Origin: Acidobacteriota bacterium
GTDB lineage: Bacteria > Acidobacteriota > UBA6911 > RPQK01 > G965248645
DNA length: 64,000 nt
Assembly: GCA_965248645.1 (NCBI GenBank)
Contig: OZ252113.1
Location: 1,782,590-1,846,589, forward strand
Reading direction: 5' to 3'
Positions within the stretch are counted from its first letter, which is position 1, and the number at the start of each line of letters is the position of its first letter. Below, in pieces: positions 53,391 to 63,480 of the stretch. The notes below the pieces were generated by a model. The model was not told the DNA's origin. It ran no database searches and saw nothing but the letters and a program-made list of their open reading frames with translations. The position numbers and the translations under genes were made by a program.

Positions 53391-54940
53391 GTTATCCGAT
53401 CATTTACAATTGGGACGGTGCACCCCACGGCTATTCCCAGTACCCGCAGTCCCTCGATCAGTTTCTTGAAAAGACTTTTGCTCCCATTAAAAACACTCAG
53501 GTAAAAGCCTTGTTCTGGTGCATCGGTGAGCATGAAGCAACCTGGAACTCCAAAGACTTACCCATGGCTGGGGATAGTGAGAATCGAATCTACGCTTCCC
53601 TACGTTCCATGACTCACAATGAGAATATCCGCTCCCTGCTGGAACGAGGAGAAAATCCTTACCAGGCCATGGTTCAACGAGGGCATGAGCTGGGGATCGA
53701 TGTGTATGTGTCCATCCGAATGAATGACAATCACTTGCATGGGATCCAATTGGAAGATATGGCCAAGACCGAGATGTGGGGTCTGACCGAACTTCGCAAG
53801 CAGCACCCCGAATGGTGCCTCGGTGCCGAGAACACTCCCAAGTGGTTTGCTGCTTCTTGGAACATGGCTATTCCGGAAGTACGCCAGCACCGATTCCAGT
53901 ACATTCGGGAAGCAGTGGCCGCAGCTGACTGGGACGGTGTTGAACTGGACTGGCAACGCCATGGGTTTCATTTACCCGCCGATCACGCCTATCGATTGCG
54001 TTACACCCTGACGGATCTGCAGCGGGCCATTCGCCACGAGACTCAGGCGATTGCCGACAAACGAGAGAAGCCGTTTTGGGTGGCAGTGCGCGTGAGTACG
54101 ACCCAGGAGTCTTGTCGGAGAATCGGCTACGATCTGGAAACCTGGATTCAGGAGGGGCTGTGCGACATCCTGACGGCCGGGGGAGGCTCAGGCACCGACG
54201 CTGGTATCGAGGTAGAAGGCTTTCGACAAATGGTTGACGGAACCCCCATCCGCTTCCATACCGGTTTCGACAGTCGCTTCGCAGGCCCCTACCAAGGACT
54301 GGAAGAGGAAAAAGCATCGCTCCACTCCTGGTTTCGTGGATTGGCCGCAGGCTACTGGGAGCGCGGGGCCCACGGTATGTACGTTTTCAACTGGCATGCC
54401 AACGAGCGGACCCGGCGAGACCTACTAACCTCTATCGGTGCCGTCGAGACATTGAAGAGAACGAACAAGCTGTACTCTGCGCTTTACCGTTTTGACCGGG
54501 CCAAGGAGGGCCCCTGGGTAGGCTCCGACTTGAATGATCGAATCCACGCAGAAACCCCGGTTTCCCTCTATCGGACACTTACCGATGAAGGACCAAAATT
54601 TCACGTCCCGACCTATGACGAAGTCGTCGAAGAGGCGAGGGCAGGACAGTTGAAGAAAGTCGAACTGCGGATTGAGCTGAAACAATTTTCGCCGACCGAT
54701 CGAGTGCGAGTACAACTGGACGGAAAAGAGTTGACCAGTCCCCAGGTACGGAATGTCTCTGCGGAAAATCCGGATGACCCTTCGGATGTGAGCGAAAGCA
54801 GTTGGCTGGTCTGGTCACTTCGACCGGAGGAGGCCGACCGAGGAATGCACGAAGTAAAAGTCCAATTAATCAAGCGCAACCCAAGGATCAAACCGCCCCT
54901 AGTAATAGAGCATGTGGAAATCCAGGTGCATTATGCTTAA
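53381..54940 (+). CDS. GHL-like TIM-barrel hydrolase paralog, 5-prime end replaced by the IS1595 terminus (signal peptide region missing)
   Basis: The protein aligns to 59861..61534 from about residue 38 of that paralog (PIICFYHDGRHP.. vs YPIIYNWDGAPHG..). The annotated ATG lies inside the IS terminal repeat. The motifs are QRGHELG and WDGVELDW. Confidence 0.6.
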   Translation: MDTSYPIIYNWDGAPHGYSQYPQSLDQFLEKTFAPIKNTQVKALFWCIGEHEATWNSKDLPMAGDSENRIYASLRSMTHNENIRSLLERGENPYQAMVQRGHELGIDVYVSIRMNDNHLHGIQLEDMAKTEMWGLTELRKQHPEWCLGAENTPKWFAASWNMAIPEVRQHRFQYIREAVAAADWDGVELDWQRHGFHLPADHAYRLRYTLTDLQRAIRHETQAIADKREKPFWVAVRVSTTQESCRRIGYDLETWIQEGLCDILTAGGGSGTDAGIEVEGFRQMVDGTPIRFHTGFDSRFAGPYQGLEEEKASLHSWFRGLAAGYWERGAHGMYVFNWHANERTRRDLLTSIGAVETLKRTNKLYSALYRFDRAKEGPWVGSDLNDRIHAETPVSLYRTLTDEGPKFHVPTYDEVVEEARAGQLKKVELRIELKQFSPTDRVRVQLDGKELTSPQVRNVSAENPDDPSDVSESSWLVWSLRPEEADRGMHEVKVQLIKRNPRIKPPLVIEHVEIQVHYA

Positions 54941-55094
54941 TTTGCTCAAATGGAATATGTGGGCTACTACGAATTGATCATACATCAGGGAACCTCACAG
55001 TAACTTAGCTGCAAGGTCGTATGAGAAATATTCAAATTAGACATAGCATTGGCCTTGGTAGAGCAGTGGCTCTGCTTCAAGGAGGTTCGGAGGC

Positions 55095-55895
55095 ATGCCT
55101 ATTTACTTCAAGAAAAGCGACTGGGTTGCTGTACGGCGTTGTTCGGAAAAGGATGGCGTGGCGATCGTTCCTCTAGGCTCGTCGGAGCAACATGGGCCAC
55201 ATCTGCCCTGTGGGGTCGACTCGATCCAGATTGACGAGGTCATGGTACGCATGGGTGCTAGGCTGGACCCAGCGCTCCCGGTCTGTATTTGCCCCACTGT
55301 GGACTACAGTGTTGTCCAGTGGGCTTCACCTTTGGCATCCGCGGGTGTCGCTCCCACGACCATGGAACAAAGTCTGGTGGATATCTGTCATGCCCTCACG
55401 GACCTGGGCTTCTGGAAGATCGTGCTAGTGCATGGGCACGGTGGGCTTCCCACGGGACGCTCGGCGCTGTGGCAGGCGGTTCACGAAAAGCGCCCTGCCC
55501 TGTACGTTGACTTCATGCCTTTTGAGCGCTGCGAGGCTCAGATCGCTAAGATTATCGGCGGGCCCAGTGGTCACGGAGGAGCAGCAGAAACCAGCATGAT
55601 GCTGGCCATCCGTCCCGATCTAGTAGACATTAGTGAAGCCCGTTCGGCCCCCCTTAATCTGTGGGGGGATAACTTTCCATTTCCGTCCCTTGAACGGGTC
55701 GGAAGCTACGCTATCCCGCCCGTCGAGGCCGTAGCTGACGGGTTTTATGGGAGCGAGGTGAAACTCGCTAGTGCTGACAAAGGACATAAGATTCTGGAGG
55801 TCGTAGCCGAGTCGGTCGCAGAGATAGTGCACGAGTTGTCAAGTACTTCCACCCCTGCCGAGTACAAGCATATCTGGCGGAAACCTTTTCCTTAG
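55095..55895 (+). CDS. creatininase (creatinine amidohydrolase) family protein
   Basis: The motif ..VPLGSSEQHGPHLPCGVDSI..LVHGHGG.. matches the creatininase metal-site pattern. Confidence 0.8.
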   Translation: MPIYFKKSDWVAVRRCSEKDGVAIVPLGSSEQHGPHLPCGVDSIQIDEVMVRMGARLDPALPVCICPTVDYSVVQWASPLASAGVAPTTMEQSLVDICHALTDLGFWKIVLVHGHGGLPTGRSALWQAVHEKRPALYVDFMPFERCEAQIAKIIGGPSGHGGAAETSMMLAIRPDLVDISEARSAPLNLWGDNFPFPSLERVGSYAIPPVEAVADGFYGSEVKLASADKGHKILEVVAESVAEIVHELSSTSTPAEYKHIWRKPFP

Positions 55896-56317
55896 AGAGA
55901 CTAATTAGTACTAGTTTACGACAACAATCCGATTTGTGATCAGTTTGAGATGGTGGATCGCTAGGTCTATCTGCGAACGGGAAAGATGTATCGTGGCGCC
56001 CGGTCCGTAGGCCAGGCGATGCGTGAGTTTGTGTAGGTCCAGTGCTTCTTTAGAGAAGTGTTTTGACCGTCTCCAGTAGCTCCGCAACCTGCGGTCTTGT
56101 CTAGATTGCCTCGGCTTTGCTAGCATCAGACGTATGTGACGCAGGGAAAACGCTCCTCTCGCTAATGCTCCAACCCCAATTACTCGTCTCAGAGAGTGTC
56201 TGGCAAACGCAACAGCGATCAACAACACTTATCTGAAGAAAAACCAGAATGGTATCTTAAATCGGATGTTAGCTGAGGAAATCCGATGTCTCTAGACCCA
56301 TTGATAGGAGATTTAAG

Positions 56318-57193
56318 TCACTCTGTCGCCAGGTTGGCGTTCTCGGAGGCAAGTTCCAGGAGGCAGTTTTCACCCAGTGGCTCGATCGGTGTAAAGTCAC
56401 GATGGGCGATCCATTCCGGTCGCTTAAACTGTCGGATGTGGTTGTCCACGTGACAAAGGCTCAGATACACGATCACGCGGTCCCACGGACTGATGTTGGG
56501 CGCTGATGCGTGCACCATGTTCGAGTGAAACAATAGGACAGCTCCCGGTTTTCCCTTGGGCGCGACTATGCCGCCCTGGTTCGCCAGACGGCTTACCGAT
56601 TCCTTATTGAGTGTCCAAAGCGGATAAGACGTCGTTAGTGTATCGTGGCCCGCCTCGATCACACCCTGCTTGTGGCTGCGTGGGATAAGGTAGAGGGGAC
56701 CGTTGAATTCAGTCACCTCGTCCAGAAACAGCGCGATGTTCATCGCTAGCGGTTTCGGCATCTGATCGTCGCGCGCCCAGGTACCGTAGTCCTGGTGCCA
56801 CTGCCAGACATCACCGCTGAAGGCGGCCTTCCCGTTGATCTTGTACTGGTGTATATATACCGACCCGTTGAGGATTTGCATGATGGGTTTGATTAGGTGC
56901 GGATGGCGCCCCAGGCGGCCGAACGCCTTGTTATAGGTATGTGCAGCGAAGGCCGTGCGAACTGCTTCCCCGTCGTTTTCACGCCAGACCTCGTCACGAT
57001 GCATAGCGAAAATCTTCGGTAATTGGCCCTTGAGGACTTGGATCTCGTCCTGGCCGAACAGATCCGGTAGAAACAGCCAGCCTTCGGTGTCAAACTGCTC
57101 CAGCTGTGCCTTTCTCAGTTTCATGAAACGGTACTTATTTGTTGCCACCCTCTGATTATAAGGGAGCGGCGCTACAATTGTGACTGATCTCAC
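56318..57193 (-). CDS. phytanoyl-CoA dioxygenase (PhyH) family protein
   Basis: The motif is WHQDYGTW .. HSNMVHASAPN. Confidence 0.75.
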   Translation of the reverse strand: MRSVTIVAPLPYNQRVATNKYRFMKLRKAQLEQFDTEGWLFLPDLFGQDEIQVLKGQLPKIFAMHRDEVWRENDGEAVRTAFAAHTYNKAFGRLGRHPHLIKPIMQILNGSVYIHQYKINGKAAFSGDVWQWHQDYGTWARDDQMPKPLAMNIALFLDEVTEFNGPLYLIPRSHKQGVIEAGHDTLTTSYPLWTLNKESVSRLANQGGIVAPKGKPGAVLLFHSNMVHASAPNISPWDRVIVYLSLCHVDNHIRQFKRPEWIAHRDFTPIEPLGENCLLELASENANLATE

Positions 57194-57708
57194 CCAACTG
57201 TTCGCTCCCCATTAGGATACTGCGTTCGCGCTACTTCCAACTCTCCCCTGTGGACGTTTCCTGGTCGCAGTGTGCAACTTCGTAATCTGCGAACTTGTTG
57301 AAACAAAAAGGGGATGGTAGTAACTGTATCCGAAATAGCCGTTATACACAGCGGTTTCTTGGACAAACGGAGCGAAGGCCTTAATGCGAATACTCGATGA
57401 TCATTGGTGTACGCATACTTAACTGGGCCTCGATCTCTTCGCTAAGCCTCGGCAACCCTTTTCTGGGAGATCGATGAAGGCGCCAACAGCGTGGTTGACT
57501 TTGGACGGGAGGATTCGGACAAAGACGAATTCCTAAAGATTCCTGGTTGGAGCCGTACCGTGTCGAATCCAGCGAATCTCACTGATCATGTACTCACACT
57601 CTCCGGCCTTAACTCCAGCACCAGTTACCAGTACCAAGTGGCTTCAACCGATTCGCAGGGAAATGGCCACTCTACCCGTGGGAAGTGTCGTCCCCTAGCT
57701 ACCAGATA

Positions 57709-59036
57709 ATGAAGAAGGCAATTTTTGTCAATCCAAGTTGGGATCGATACGTTAGCCGGCGTGGCACACGGTATAACCGTCATTGGCCTCCTCTAGACCT
57801 CTTAAACTGTGCCGCGATACTGGAGGAGCATGGCTTTCGATGCGTGGTTTATAACCAGCGGATCGAGGACCAATGTGAGGTCCAGGTGGAGGACGAGGAC
57901 ATTGTGTTCGTCACCTCCTCTACACTGGATCGCTGGCAATGTCCGAACCTGGACCTGGAACTATTTGCGCATCGCATCACGCCCTTTCCGGAGGATCGCA
58001 CATATGTTCTTGGAGCACATGGGACCATGGATCCGACTTATGTAGCTAAAACACTTGGTAAGGCTGGGTTAATCCGTGAAGAGCCTGAAATGGCTGTGCT
58101 TCAGATCGCCCTGGGAGAGGATAAACAGGCCATCTCCGGCTTAACCTATCTCGACAAAGGTCAAGTGGTTTCCAATCCTGTTAAGACTCCCCTGCCTCTG
58201 GACCAGTTGGCCGCTCCCGCCTACCATCAAATCGATATCAGCCGCTACGGTTATGAACTTCTTGGAAGTGACTTCGCACTGTTGGAGACTTCGCGGGGCT
58301 GTCCTCATTCATGTAGCTATTGTTACCTGCAGGTATGTCCAAATACCGCTTGAAGTCTCCGCAGCGTGTCGTTGAAGAGGTTCGCACACTGCTCTCGACC
58401 ACACCCACGTGCAATATCTATTTCATCGACCTTGAATTCGCCATTCATCATCGTCACTGTGAAGCAGTGCTGGATGCTCTGCTAGCTTCGGGGTTGAAAT
58501 CCCACTGGTGCTGCCAAACTCGGGCTGACTCGGTGAATTTGGACCTACTACGAAAAATGAAGCGAGCTGGCTGCCGGCTTGTGCACTATGGTGTTGAGAC
58601 TGGCTCGGAGCGGGTTCTGGGGATGGTGAACAAGTATCTTGAGCTGGAGCAAATTCATCGAGCAATTCACCTCACCCGAAAGGCTGGCTTGAACTCGGCC
58701 TGCTTTTTCATGCTGGGCTTTCTGACGGAAACTGAGGCGGAAATCCGCCAGACTATACGCTTTTCCATAGAATTGAATCCCACGTACGCTTCTTTTCATT
58801 TGGCTACACCCTATCCGGGCACCAGTATGTACCGCAACTTTCAAGAGCAACGCGACAGTCAATTCATTCAGGAAACGTACCAACAGGCCCTACCTTTGCC
58901 TAAGTTGAAGGCGCTTCAGCGCAAAGTATATTTAGAATATTACTTACGACCTGCCTATCTCCTTTCGCGCTTTTGGACCAGTCCCTGGGAAAGCTGGCAA
59001 CAAGTTCGTCTGTTTCTGAATTTTGTTCTTAACTAG
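57709..59036 (+). pseudogene. B12-binding-domain radical SAM protein with a frameshift near 58320-58350
   Basis: The radical SAM triad SRGCPHSCSYCY is present. The downstream frame continues with ..KYRLKSPQRVVEEV.. and an Fe-S/radical SAM C-terminal region (..GVETGSERVL..). The N-terminal domain is of Rossmann/B12-binding type. Confidence 0.6.
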
Positions 59037-59860
59037 TGATCCGTAGGACAAGGACTTGACCTGCTCCAACTCGGCTAGAGTGCCTAGCTTGACCATGCAG
59101 TCCAACCTCAGCCAAGTGCAACCACAAGTCAAATAGGGTTTTGACTAAAACTGGGTTCCTCCCGCGAATTTGGATAATCTCTGTCTGTAGTTCAAAGATG
59201 TAAACGACTTTTTTTAGGCCCCGACTTTTTCTCTTTTCAAGTTAAGACAGGCCACTCGGGCTGATCGATTATTTTCCAAGGAAGTGCACGTAATTCCGAA
59301 GCTCTTCAAGCGACAGCACAGTGGTTCCATCTTTGAAAGGCTGCCCGGTCTCTAGCGACCACTGGGCATAAGTTCGAGCCTTGTTGGCAATGTTGAACAG
59401 GTCCCATCGCCCTGTTCTGGTTTCGGGTCGTGCTTGTTTGGAATCTAGGTATACCGGCGCAGTTGGGTTGCGAGTGTGGTGCAGTCACCGCCTGGTGTTC
59501 GTTGTGAGTTTGCAATATAGTCGCTATCTTGCGAATCGAGTCGTCCAGCAGCTGACACTCTGCAAGATCAAGGATATGAGTTTCCGCAACCGAGGTATCA
59601 GCTAAGTCTTTGTCATCTTTCAAATCCCGAACATGGGCCTAGAAGGCAATGCTGTAGACACCTCGAAGGTCGCTAGTTTGGCAATCAGGTTAGGGAAACT
59701 GATGGAAGTGATGTTCATAGACTGAAAGCGCTACTTTTACATATAAAGATACACTTCGTTGGGCTGGCACCCGCCATTGGGGGCACACTAGAGCTACTGC
59801 AGGCTCACCGGTGCTGCGAATCATAGATGTCTCGCTGGGCCCGGGGGTGAGACATCTGGG

Positions 59861-61534
59861 CTAAGTGACACGATGCTCATAGGGACCGAGGTCAGGGTCC
59901 TGGCCCCGATGAAAGTTTTTGCCCAACAGGTACTGAATGTCGAGTTCGACGTCGCGCAAGATGAGCTGAGGGGTGAGAGCAGGATCCCGATACGTAACTG
60001 TTACCAGTAGCCTATTTTGTCCCCTCTTTGGCCAGTGACTCGGATTCAGCTTCCAAACGAACCAATAACCAAAGACGCGGTAGCGCGGAGCACTCATCTT
60101 GTACATACGATTGATTTTTCGTAGCTGTGATTCGGGCAACCGCTTGCCGTTGAGCCGAAATTCTAAGCGGTCAATCTCGGTATGGTTGACTAGTCGTGCC
60201 CGCAGTAGGACTTCGTGGACACGACCCTTTTTGTGCCAGCGTAGAAGATCGTCGGTGATCGTCCACTCAACTCGCACCGGCTGATTGACATGTAAGTCCT
60301 GGGGCAGTTGCATACCGAGTCGGCGCTCCTTGTATTCAATTCCTATTGTTGGCAGGAAGTAGTGTTTGTCTTTGGTTGCCATCAGGTCAGGGTAGGGAAT
60401 TTCTCGGACCTGTTCGTAGAAGGCTCCCTGGTAGGGCCACATGCCGAACCACTGGTCCAAAAGCAGCCCGTCCACCCCTTGTGCCCAGTAGTTACAAGCG
60501 GCTGCACGAGTTGACTGGATGGTGCTATCCGCCAGGCGATCGGAATCGATCAGATGCTTGCAGTCAGCGAGGACGCGACATTTAGATCCCTTGGCAGCCT
60601 GCACCAGGGGACGGAGGTCGAGTGTCTGGTCGATGATCTGAGTACGCGTCGGACTTTGCCCGATGAAGAGATCGACAATGCCCCGACGGATCCAATCGCG
60701 CACATCCAAGCCACGGGAAAAACAGGTCGCCAAGCTCGCTGGGATACGAACGGCCAACTCGCGGTCGCTATCGCTTTGCTTTACGGCCTGGTAGATCTGC
60801 TCGATGAACGCGGTCATGATCTTCCGACCCTCTTCGACTTCGTCTGGGAGAAAGTAATAGGGCATGTAGTCAAGATCCAGTTCGAATCCATCCACCGGAT
60901 ACTTATGGAGCGTCTCTTCGATGATCGTGAAGCGCTCTTGACGAACCTCGTCGTGCTTAAAATCCAGGCCGTACAAACCAGGAAAGTTCGGATCCACACC
61001 ACCACCGGCACCGATCTCAAGATGGGTATTGTTGAAACGAAAGAGAGAGCCTCGCACGTCTGTTTCGCGGTTTCCTCTTCCCAGATTCATGAAGAGGGTC
61101 GGATAGACGAGTAAACCTTTTTCATGTGCCCGATCGCAAATGATTCGTAGAGGATCGTGGCCTTCCTTGATCAGGTGTATAGCATTCTGGTAGGCGCGGC
61201 GATAGATTAGCGATGACCACTTTTTAACCCAATGACCCCATAGTTCACCCACTTTAGTGTCGTGCAGCAGAGTACGGCCGTCTTCGAGGCCAAACATGAT
61301 CGCCTCGATGGGAGTACCCACCAATTCATCAACAGCCGCTTCGTATTCTTCCTTCTGCATCGGGGGCTCGTACACGTAGACCAGTGGGTGCCGTCCGTCG
61401 TGATAAAAGCAGATGATGGGCTTCTTCTTGGTCCTTCGCAACGACGTCTCCGTTTCAGCCTTTGCTTCGGTCGATAGAACACGGCTTCCCAAGCCCGTTG
61501 CCAGTGCTGCCCTAATAAAGTTTCGTCTTTTCAT
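59861..61534 (-). CDS. GHL-like TIM-barrel hydrolase family protein, full length with twin-arginine signal peptide
   Basis: The TAT signal is MKRRNFIRAALATGLG. The motifs DRAHEKG and VDGFELDLDYMPYYF resemble the DG[VIF]x[LF]D motif of GHL10/DUF187-type or GH-A-like barrels. This is recalled, not searched. Confidence 0.7.
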   Translation of the reverse strand: MKRRNFIRAALATGLGSRVLSTEAKAETETSLRRTKKKPIICFYHDGRHPLVYVYEPPMQKEEYEAAVDELVGTPIEAIMFGLEDGRTLLHDTKVGELWGHWVKKWSSLIYRRAYQNAIHLIKEGHDPLRIICDRAHEKGLLVYPTLFMNLGRGNRETDVRGSLFRFNNTHLEIGAGGGVDPNFPGLYGLDFKHDEVRQERFTIIEETLHKYPVDGFELDLDYMPYYFLPDEVEEGRKIMTAFIEQIYQAVKQSDSDRELAVRIPASLATCFSRGLDVRDWIRRGIVDLFIGQSPTRTQIIDQTLDLRPLVQAAKGSKCRVLADCKHLIDSDRLADSTIQSTRAAACNYWAQGVDGLLLDQWFGMWPYQGAFYEQVREIPYPDLMATKDKHYFLPTIGIEYKERRLGMQLPQDLHVNQPVRVEWTITDDLLRWHKKGRVHEVLLRARLVNHTEIDRLEFRLNGKRLPESQLRKINRMYKMSAPRYRVFGYWFVWKLNPSHWPKRGQNRLLVTVTYRDPALTPQLILRDVELDIQYLLGKNFHRGQDPDLGPYEHRVT

Positions 61535-62279
61535 GATTCACCTCCTTCAATGGGTGTGAGCTTCCTGTCAGATTTTCCTATCCGCCCTTAAGGTATGGTT
61601 AAGGTATGATCCAGATGATTCAAATGAGGCGTAATCCAGAAGTTTGGCCGTCACGGTATGGTAGCAAATTGTCCCGGGCGAGTCTGGATCACGGTAGCAG
61701 AGATGTCTCCATTGCTACGCTCTCTGAGCAGACCTTTAAACAGGTCCAGATCAATCGAGTTGTCCCAATCAAACTCGTCCTGGCAACTCAGCACTACTAC
61801 CCACTCCGGCTGAACCTATTTCCCCTCCCGAGAAAACGATCACACCTGCAGATCTGGTCTGAGACATAGCACCCTGAGTCCAGAAGTTGGCTTTCTCGAC
61901 TCTGCTCAAGGCTCAAGACACGAGCATAGATGCCCACGTGGGGCACCTTGGGTTGGGAGAAGTTGTTAGGTTTTAGCATCATCCTTCAGGTCTGCTTTCC
62001 ACCGGATTAATGTTACCTAAATCCTAAGCTACTAAGTCGGGATGTGTCAAGGATAAGTATCTGATATAAAATAGGTTTGTTAATGATCAGGCTCAACATG
62101 GAATCACCAGAAAGTCGCTGAATCGTTGTGTCACGGACCGGGTTGAAATCCCCTCGTAAAGGGGCGTCTTCTGAAAAAGTGTTGGCGGAAAGCTGAAAGA
62201 AAGCAGTTGGAGGTGACCTTGCCCCCTAAAACGAGTCCAGTTCGAATGTTAGGATTTCCGGTTTAGGAAGGAGGCAAGG

Positions 62280-62558
62280 ATGGCAGGGAAGCGGTTTAGG
62301 GCAGAACAGATCATCATGAAGCTGCGTGAGGCAGAGGTGGGCCTGGCCCAAGGACAGAGGGCGGGACAGGTGTCGAAGCAGATGGGGGTGAGCGAGCAGA
62401 CCTACTACCGGTGGCGCAAAGAGTATGGAGGGCTCCGGTTGGACCAGGCCAATAGGTTGAAGGTGTTGGAGAAGGAGAATACCCGGTTGAAGAAGCTGGT
62501 GGCGGATCTGTCTTTGGACAAGCAGATCCTGAAGGAAGTGTCCTCGGGAAACTTCTAG
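62280..62558 (+). CDS. IS3 transposase OrfA
   Basis: The ORF is identical to 3963..4241 except for one substitution (V/A). Confidence 0.85.
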   Translation: MAGKRFRAEQIIMKLREAEVGLAQGQRAGQVSKQMGVSEQTYYRWRKEYGGLRLDQANRLKVLEKENTRLKKLVADLSLDKQILKEVSSGNF

Positions 62559-62581
62559 GCCCGGCGAACAGGAGACGAGCG

Positions 62582-63451
62582 GTGATGTGGGTACGAGAGC
62601 GATTAGGAGCAGAGCGAGTCTCCGAACGTCGGGCCTGCCAAGTGCTGGGACAGGTTCGATCGACCCAGCGAAGGGAAAGGCAAATTCCCGATGATGAGGC
62701 CCGATTGGTGGCCCGGATGGTGGAGTTGGCTACGCAATACGGGCGTTATGGCTACCGGCGGGTCACGGCGATACTTCATGGGGAAGGGTGGAAGGTGAAT
62801 CCTAAGCGGGTGGAGAGGCTGTGGAGACAAGAAGGGCTGAAAGTCCCGTCCAGACAGCCGAAACGAAGGAGACTGTGGCTTAATGACGGTTCCTGTGTTC
62901 GGTTACGAGCGGCTCGCAAAAACCACGTCTGGAGCTATGATTTCGTGCATGAACGGACCCATGATGGGCGAGCCTTTCGGCTATTGACGATCCTGGATGA
63001 GTACACCAGAGAGTGCCTCGCCATTGATGTGAAACGGCAGATGAATCACCAAGACGTGTTGGACCGGTTGGCGGAGTTATTCGTTGATCGGGGAGTGCCT
63101 GAGTTTATCCGGTCCGATAACGGATCAGAGTTTACGGCACAGGCGGTCCGGGACTGGCTGCAGGCTGTTGGGGTAAGGACCTTGTACATCGAGCCGGGCA
63201 GCCCCTGGGAGAATGGGTACATTGAGAGTTTCAACGGGAAACTACGGGATGAGCTGCTGAACATGGAGATCTTCGACACGCTTGGGGAAGCCAAGGTGTT
63301 GGTAGAACGCTGGCGAAGGGATTACAATCAGATCCGGCCTCACAGCGCCTTGGCCTATCGGCCGCCGGCACCAGAGGCCAAACTACCTAGGTCTCAGGAG
63401 TTCAGTTCTATCCCGTGCAGGGCACTTCAAATGGCTCCGAGTCTAACTTAG
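62582..63451 (+). CDS. IS3 transposase OrfB (GTG start in the track; -1 frame relative to OrfA)
   Basis: The ORF is near-identical to 3070..3939, with three amino-acid differences. Confidence 0.85.
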   Translation: MMWVRERLGAERVSERRACQVLGQVRSTQRRERQIPDDEARLVARMVELATQYGRYGYRRVTAILHGEGWKVNPKRVERLWRQEGLKVPSRQPKRRRLWLNDGSCVRLRAARKNHVWSYDFVHERTHDGRAFRLLTILDEYTRECLAIDVKRQMNHQDVLDRLAELFVDRGVPEFIRSDNGSEFTAQAVRDWLQAVGVRTLYIEPGSPWENGYIESFNGKLRDELLNMEIFDTLGEAKVLVERWRRDYNQIRPHSALAYRPPAPEAKLPRSQEFSSIPCRALQMAPSLT

Positions 63452-63480
63452 AGGGTGGACTCGTTCGTGGGGGCAGGTCA

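Larger units (their letters stand above)
62220..63480 (+). mobile_element. IS3-family insertion sequence, copy B (inverted relative to copy A), inserted into an IS256-family transposase gene
   Basis: It is about 99% identical to copy A, with the same TG..CA ends. The ORF 63408..63914 on the minus strand reads from the IS256 transposase into the IS3 end. Confidence 0.85.
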
